A stretch of 62,867 nt of DNA, counting the filler, from Thraustochytrium aureum (Eukaryota), in the NCBI GenBank assembly GCA_012862495.1. It is 5 parts of 3 records of this genome, joined end to end, with 100 filler letters (N's around TTAATTAATTAA, not from the genome) between each part and the next. Parts side by side here need not be neighbours in the genome. Positions count along the whole stretch, not along the records: positions 55,182 to 61,201 come from BLSG01000162.1; positions 61,302 to 62,867 come from BLSG01000174.1; 3 more parts are not named here. One strand, given 5' to 3'. The notes below the pieces were generated by a model. It had not been told where the DNA came from. It did not search any database and saw nothing but the letters and a program-made list of their open reading frames with translations. Both the position numbers and the translations under genes were made by a program. Positions 55,695 through 62,867 of this stretch are shown here, in pieces; within the stretch, counting starts at the first letter, position 1, and each line of letters starts with the position of its first letter.

Positions 55695-57975
55695 CTAGAG
55701 CGCGGTTGGACACGGCGTCACAGAGGAAGAGCTTTGAAATCCTCCGCTGCTCGAGCCACCTGGTGAAGTCTGGTATGAGCTGAGCGATGTGGTGGAGGGC
55801 TCCGGGTTGATGACGATTGAACTGAGGCCGATGAGCGGGCGGTTGCGGCGTGAAGATCTTTCCCTGGGCTTGTCTGCGTTGCGAGGTACCCGCATCGTTC
55901 GTCCAAACGCCACGACGTTGCGGTGCTCAACGACACGCTGGCGTACCCCAGTGCCCAGACGGGGGTCCCTGACGTCGACGGGGCTGGCCTTTCCAGTAAA
56001 TGCTGAAGAAGTGGAACGTTGGCTCCCCACGCTGGTTAACGGGGCTGCGCTAGAGGGAGCTCGCTTGAAAGGGCGGGGTTTGGGCTTGGCGGCTGGGCGC
56101 GATGCAGGGCGGGCCTTCGTGCTGGTGCTCGCGTCGCAAAATTTTGGTGAACGACGCGAAATCTGAGGCGCAGCAGCGCCATGGTCAGCGTTGGCCCTGT
56201 TGTTCGCCGCGCGGAGATTCTCCTCTAGATGCACGATTCGGGCGTGTGCATCGTCGTAAGACGCCTTGACCTGAGAAAGCTTGCGAGCGAGGCAGCACTT
56301 CTCCTCGCGTTGGTGCGCCCGCTCTGCTACCAGCTCTACATACCTTGCTTCCAACGTCTGCATCTGAACGCAGGTGGACGTAGCTAGGCTCTCAAGACGC
56401 GCATGATCTTTGGCGCAGACGTCCCTGGACGCGCACAGCTCCGCTACGGTATCCTCCAGCTTTTTGATGCGAGAGTCGTCGCGCTTTGCTTTCGGCGGCG
56501 ATTGTGCAGCGCGCGACTTGGCCGCGATTGCAGCGTCCCGCTCCCCTTGCGCCTGTTGGAGTTGCTCCTCAAGCTCGGCATTAGCCTCGAGGAAAACGAA
56601 AGCACTGTCCTCGTGTGCTCTGCACGATAGCTCTGCCTGCTCAGTGCGCGAAAGAAGCGCGGCGTTTTGCGCCTTGAGCGCGACATTCTCAGCACGGAGA
56701 GCCGCCAATTCCACCTCAGGTGCCAAGGCGCACGTCTCATCGCGGTCGCTCACCTGCTTGCCGGGTGGGCCGTCTGCGCTGATGCTCTCAGTGGCCGTCG
56801 AGCAACTAGGTGCGCTGTACGCTGCGCGGCGGCGCAGACGCTCGTCTTCCAGGGCTTTGAGCTGGTCGGCTGATGCAAGAGCCGCAAAGCTCTCGTGTAG
56901 AGCGTTGTACTCGTCCTGTAGCTCGTTTAGCTTGCTCGTCAAAGCGGCTGCGTTTCCACTCTGCTCGGCGCATCGCTGCTCTACAAAGTCGACCCAAGGA
57001 ACGCTGGGATCGTTCAGCTTGACCATCTGCCCACGCTTGACGGTGAGAGCGAGCAACTCGTTGAACATACCGCGGTGGCGATTTGCGGTCTCCCGCCACG
57101 TATCGCATTCGTTTATGCAGTGCTTGATCTCGAGGATCTTGGCTTGCAGCTTTTGAATTCGAGCTGCCATGTCGTGTTTTTGTTGCAGGATGGAGCTAGT
57201 GCCAGCAGCATCCTTTGAAACCGCGAGAAGCTCGTCCTGGAAAGCGATCCTTGCTTTCAGGGCCTTATTGTCGGCCGAAAGTTTGTCACATCGCGCAGAT
57301 TTCTCTCGGAGCTCCTCCTTCAACTCGTCGTCGTCCATCCCAAGTAGGGATGACTCATTCAGCTGATCCGAGAAAAAGCTAGCCGCACTGCTCCACTTGG
57401 TGTCGCACGGGGCGAACATGTCGTCAAGGTTTGGGCCAATACCACCACAGCTCAATCGAGAGCTCTCGGAACAGCCGTCTCCTGACACGCCAGAGTCTGA
57501 GCCCGTAGAGGCTCGACTCCCTTCGAGGATCTCTGACGCGGCGCTTGGCGTCGAAGGCGTCCAGTCGTCTACAGAGACGGAGCCCGTTGAACCGAGCCGC
57601 TCCGACGCATGGCGAGGCACCGAAAGGTTCCACTCGTCCACGGTTGTGGACGTCGAGCTGTTCAGGTTTGACGGAGACGCGAGCGCCACAGGCTTCCACT
57701 CGTCCACGACTACAGAGGCGGAGCCCGTTGAACCGAGCCGCTCCGACGCATGGCGAGGCACCGAAAGGTTCCACTCGTCCACGGTCGTGGACGTCGAGGT
57801 GTTCAGGTTTGACGGAGACGCGAGCGCCACAGGCTTCCACTCATCTACGACTACAGAGGCGTTGCTCGTTGAACTGAGCCGCTTCTGCATTTGGTTCGGC
57901 ATTGGAGCTTTCAGATACCGAAGATCGAGAGAAGGCCGTGCTACTTGAGCTTGCTGGTGCTCTTTGTGGTAGCGC
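55695..57975 (-). CDS. Large coiled-coil protein with Ser-rich ends and a 47-aa internal repeat (5' end uncertain)
   Basis: About 760 uninterrupted codons with a central heptad-rich region (ELAALRAENVALKAQNAALL). Confidence 0.75.
57570..57860. repeat. 141-bp near-perfect coding tandem duplication
   Basis: AGCCCGTTGAACCGAGCCGC occurs at 57581 and 57722; encodes SVVVDEWKPVALASPSNLN.STSTTVDEWNLSVPRHASERLGSTGS twice. Confidence 0.92.
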
Positions 57976-58262
57976 NNNNNNNNNNNNNNNNNNNNNNNNN
58001 NNNNNNNNNNNNNNNNNNNNNNNNNNNNNNNNNNNNNNNNNNNNNNNNNNNNNNNNNNNNNNNNNNNNNNNNNNNNNNNNNNNNNNNNNNNNNNNNNNNN
58101 NNNNNNNNNNNNNNNNNNNNNNNNNNNNNNNNNNNNNNNNNNNNNNNNNNNNNNNNNNNNNNNNNNNNNNNNNNNNNNNNNNNNNNNNNNNNNNNNNNNN
58201 NNNNNNNNNNNNNNNNNNNNNNNNNNNNNNNNNNTGCTGGTGGCGTTGGTGGCGCCAAAGAA

Positions 58263-58350
58263 GCTGCTCCTACTGCTCCTACTGCTGCTGCTGCTGCTGC
58301 TGCTGCTGATGCTGATGCTGCTGCTGCTGTTGCTGCTGCTGATGCTGCTT
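58263..58350. repeat. (CTG)n-type microsatellite
   Basis: Directly visible. Confidence 0.9.
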
Positions 58351-61201
58351 ATGACTGCACGCGCTTCTCCTTCTCGCCGTTTGGGGTCTGCTTGCAGCCC
58401 TGCCAACAGACGTCGTCTGCATGAAGGCCTGAGGACCAAAAGCGGCGTGCAAGGAGGTGCTTTCCCTGAACCACGCGGCGCTGAGAGGTAGAAGAAGTGG
58501 TCGAGTCCGATTTTGCAGCCTGCCGTGAAAGCGAAGTGTGAAGCCTACTCGAAGACCTGCACTCAACAGAAGCTTGTAGCCGTCAGTGTGGATAGAATCT
58601 TTACTCCACTTGGTGCGCTTGCGGCATCGACCTACCTACAAAGCGTCCAAAAGGGATATGCCGCACCGAGGAACAAGTTTCGCGTGGCGCTGCACGCTTT
58701 GCGTAGCTTCAGTTGGAAAGATCGGTCAAATCAAGTGGGGGAGCGTTGCCCACAATGGAGTCGCTCCAGGACAATTCAACCTCCGTTGAGAAGACCAGAC
58801 CAGATCGTCCGCCTGCCGCGCGAGCGCTGATCACACATCACTATTGGTCGACGTTGATGTCTGCCTCATCAAGTAGCCGATCCACTACAGACACCACCAC
58901 CTCGCACGTTGAGGATCACCGACGCACCTCGTGCCCGCCGGGTTGTCTTGGCTCCTTTGGCCCAACCACAGACGTGCCGCCTCTACCGGTACGCAGAAGC
59001 GCCCAAAAGGGCCATCGGTGTGCCAGATAGAGAAAACCGCCACAAGGGGTACAATGCGCTGTGGACACGCAAACCTTTCTGACCCTCGTAGAGATTGACC
59101 AGCGGGCCATGCGACCTGACGAGCCAAACCACCGATGCCTTACAGCAACCTCCAAGAATTTTCTTAGGATCCGCAAACACGCACACCTTCTCACCCTCTC
59201 TTGAAATTAATCTTCTCGTCAATCAAGAGCCCCCGATTTACGGAAGCCGAGTCACAAGCGACACCGATTGGGTTGCTGAAGTCAACCCCAGACCAACCAC
59301 CCACTTCCCTGCGGTCTCTAAAGCATTGCCTGTGAGTGCCGTGCGCTCGCACGGACCAGACGCTCACTCGCAGCTTGTCTATCTGGGCTTGCATTGACCA
59401 ACCTGAGGGACTCAAGCCGGGGCGTTATCCGGGTTCACTCGTATCCAAAGGGTTCTGCAGGGTCCACCGCGGCCAACCCCACAGGCCTCTGCTCGCAGAA
59501 AACCCAAGTACAGTCTTCGAGTACTGCATACTGTCCCGAGCAACAGGACACAAGAGACGTTCGTCACGTTAGCTGCATCATTGTTGTTCTTTTCAGCTTT
59601 GCGAAGCGCCGTGGCTTGACCCGCCTTACTCGCGCAAGGTTGGTGGTAGCACGGCCCGCTGCCGGAGCAGCACTACAGGAACGGCAGCGCCGTCGACCCG
59701 AAAGGGCCGCTTGCCGAAGTGGGACAAACGAAGGGCCCAAGAGGGTTAGGTTAGGTTACTGCTACAGGCTAACGGACCTTTTTATAGAATCGCTGGCTCA
59801 GCAGCCCACGAGCGGGCGGGCAGCCAGAGGGCCAGCGGGCGGGCAGCCAGAGGGCCAGCGCGCCAGGGCGCCCACTGGCCCTGGAGCTCGCCCCGCGGCA
59901 AGCCTGTTCGGCTGTGGCCGCCCGCCTGCCGCGCGTCGGTAGCGGCGCGCGGCAGNNNNNNNNNNNNNNNNNNNNNNNNNNNNNNNNNNNNNNNNNNNNN
60001 NNNNNNNNNNNNNNNNNNNNNNNNNNNNNNNNNNNNNNNNNNNNNNNNNNNNNNNNNNNNNNNNNNNNNNNNNNNNNNGACGAAAGGGTCGACAAAGCTC
60101 GTTGCCTCTCGTGGCAACCGCGTCCCTGCGCCCTGGAGCAGCGCTTCCTGCACCGGCGCATTGCCTGCCGCACACGCGTGCCTCGGGGCGTGGACCGGAG
60201 CGTGGGTTGCGATGGGCTCTCAGATTGTGACAAGGAAAAGGGCGATCGCCTTGAGCTCAATAACACTCCCATACCGGTACCTTTCGCGCTTATTGAGCCG
60301 ACCCACCCCCGGCAGGCAGGGGTCCAGCGAGCAGACCAGGGGTATGGCCCGTGCGGCTGGGCGTGCCTTGCTGATTTCAGCGCAACTAGCGCTCAAGAGG
60401 AGCTGCACACCGGGCTGTGAACGGAAGGGGTCAAAAGGCAAGTAATGCCAGGCAATGCCCGGCAACAGCCGGCCCGCAGAAGCAGCTACTGTCACCTCGC
60501 CGTCCACACAGCCCGAGAATGCCGCCGCCGCCGCGGAACGCTCGGGAATGAAACTTGACCAACAACTCTCTTTCTTCCTTTCGAAGTGTGAGTCCATTTT
60601 TAACGAGTGCAGCAGGTGGCCTACTGAGTCCGAGCGCTTGCCGAAATGCTGCTCCTTTCCCCAACCTTGCACCGTGCGTGGACAGCCTTCTACTCTACCG
60701 TACACACATGGCCTTGCAAGCTTGGTTGACAGACACCCCGTGCACTTGCTCAAAATGGCGCTCGCGTTCGTCGATCGAACTGGCGACTGTCCCCGAAGCG
60801 CTCTCTCTGGAGGACCGACACGGAAATTGCTCGCGCTGTCCGACGAGCTGGCCAGGCGTTCGCGAGGGGCCATGGCGCGCCCGGAAGGCGGGCAATTCTT
60901 GTCCCCCCCCCCTCCGGGGCAGAAAGTACTACCACGTCCAAAACCTTGTCCGAGCTCGTAGCAGGAAGTTGCCCAGCTCTTCTCGATGGCCAAAGGCAGT
61001 ACCCGCCTGCATGCACTTGCCGCGGCCGTCGGCTACTTCCTTTGAAAAGAATGCAAAAGTCAGTCCTGAGTGAGCGCCGAGGCCGTCCAGAACTGGAGCA
61101 TTTCCAAAACAGTATCGCGCCGAAAGCGTCCACGTATCTGCGCTGCTCTGAGCCACTGGCCGTTTAGCTTTCGCGCAAAGGCGCTGCGTCTCCGCCCGGG
61201 A

Positions 61202-61301
61202 NNNNNNNNNNNNNNNNNNNNNNNNNNNNNNNNNNNNNNNNNNNNTTAATTAATTAANNNNNNNNNNNNNNNNNNNNNNNNNNNNNNNNNNNNNNNNNNN
61301 N
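61202..61301. other. Artificial assembly linker N44-TTAATTAATTAA-N44
   Basis: Same 100-bp spacer. Confidence 0.97.
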
Positions 61302-62360
61302 AAGTTGGCCATGGCCACGGCAAAGCCCATGCCTTCCTTGCCGAGCACGTTGCCAACGGGCACCGTTGACGTTTTCAAAGGTGACGAACGCCGTCCCGGC
61401 CCCGCTGTAGCTGGTCTTGATCTTCTTGGTCTCGACGCCCTCGGACCGCTCGATGAGCAGCATGGTCACGCCGCCGTGGCCCTTGCCCGAGGTGCGCACG
61501 AGCGTGCTGAAAAAGTGCGCGCCGCAGCCCCCCGTGATCCACTTCTTGACGCCGTTCACAATGTAGTGGGTCCCGTCCGCGCTCAGCTCGGCGGTGCAGG
61601 TCGTGTTGGCAACGTCGGAACCCGCGTACGGGTCGGTGATTGCCAAGCAGATCCGCTTTTCTCCGCGGAGCACCGGCGGGACGACGTGCTGCTGCAGCTC
61701 GGGCGAGCCAAACTTTAGCACGGGGGGCAGCCCGATGAGCAGGCCGCCGGACATGCCGTCCACGACGCCCCAGCTCGCGACGCGCGCCTTGACTTCCGAG
61801 GCGGCAATCTGCTCGTGGAAAAAGTCAAACTCTTCCGGCTTGATGCCGCCAGGCAGCCGCTCCACCATGCTGAGGTGCTTGCCCGGCCCCAGGCTCGCTG
61901 CGATCAGGCCAAACTCGCCCATCTTGCGCATCAGCTCGTCGCTCGGCAGCGCGTCGTCGCGCTCCAGCTGGTCCACGACGGGCACGATCTCCCGCATCGT
62001 AAACTCCCGCACGGCGTGGCGGAACTTGCGGTGCGAGTCGTTGAAGAAGGGCGACTCCCACTCGGCGAAGGGCACCTTGCTCAGCGCGCCGAGGTCTGGC
62101 TCGGCGCCCGCGCTGGTTCCTTGGACGCGCGCGACCACCAGCTTGCTCGAGTACTTGTCCAGCACCTCCTTGCGGTGCAGCGAGTAAAACTCCTCGGTGC
62201 AGTCCGTGCCGCCCACCTTGAGCAGCAGCCCCTTGGACCCGGGGTGAAAGTTCATGAAAGAGGACACATCGTACACGAGGCCGTCGATCGCGAGCCAGCA
62301 GTCCCCGTCCGCCGCGTGCCTGGCGACCTCCTCGAGGCTCACCTCGCGCACAGCCGCCAT
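61302..62360 (-). CDS. Cytochrome b5 - acyl-CoA dehydrogenase fusion (3'-partial; frameshift near 61365)
   Basis: N-terminal b5 domain: CWLAIDG.VYDV..F...HPGS...GG.D.TEEF...H. ACAD domain: CLAITDP.AGSDVA, YIVNG.KKWITGG, TAFVTFENV. Confidence 0.93.
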
Positions 62361-62867
62361 TCCCTCCAAGCTCACCCGGCAGCAGTCAGTCTTTCGCGGT
62401 CCTGGGCCTCTTTTTTGCCACTCAATCAACAAGCCGAAAGGGATCTGCGTCGCACGCCCGAAGGAAGGAGGCGCGCCCGAGGGAGGGAGGCGCGCCCGAG
62501 GGAAGGAGGCACGCTCGAAGAAGGCAAGCCCAGCCCAGCCCAGCCAGCCAGGTCGCGCGGCCTGATTCCGACTCTGCTGCAAGCGTTGGCGCACCACGGC
62601 CCCCGCGGTCGCAACACAATCTCCAAGCCGAGCTTCATTTCGCGAGACTCTTGGCATCTCTTGATTTTCAATAACACATTGCGTTTTTCAAGAAAGGACG
62701 GTATCCTGCTGATGAGCCGCGCCCGGACAGACGCCGGATCAACGCGGCGGCCGCGGCGGCGCGCGAGGCTGGCACAGTGCCGCGGTGCTCGCTCGTCCCT
62801 CTCTACCAGCTCGCTCGCTCTCTCGCCAGCTCTAGGTCTCTCTCTCTCTCTAGAGCGGTCGTCTAAC

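Noticed and set aside
58500..61200. Short ORFs (e.g. 60220-60993) as a degenerate gene or retroelement
   Set aside because: No RT, integrase or gag motifs and no coherent reading frame; left unannotated.
8395..62360. Lipid-metabolism gene cluster (two lipases, acyl-CoA synthetase, ACAD)
   Set aside because: The genes lie on four different linker-separated pieces.

Overview
GC-rich, intron-poor eukaryotic DNA from a gapped draft assembly. It is most likely a flagellated stramenopile such as a thraustochytrid/labyrinthulomycete; this is inferred from the axonemal dynein genes, a Sig/mastigoneme-type EGF protein, a bacterial-type HslU and the gene density. Four artificial N44-TTAATTAATTAA-N44 linkers split the window into five pieces whose true adjacency is not established, and many genes carry single-base, homopolymer-type frameshifts that look like sequencing errors. 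About 27 coding regions are supported. Recognisable genes include HslU, PWP2, MPP-alpha, WDR18, glutaredoxin, G-protein gamma, DNAI2, an ODA docking-complex subunit, two lipases, an acyl-CoA synthetase, a cytochrome b5-acyl-CoA dehydrogenase fusion, a JmjC protein, a DOT1-like methyltransferase and a KOBITO-like glycosyltransferase. The most interesting candidates are a tandem pair of orphan 7TM receptor-like genes, a BED-finger/hAT transposase-derived gene that appears to lack its catalytic Glu, a secreted double vWD-like (GDPH) protein, and a tight outer-dynein-arm gene pair. No rRNA, tRNA or CRISPR array was seen. All family calls come from motif recognition by eye; no database searches were run.
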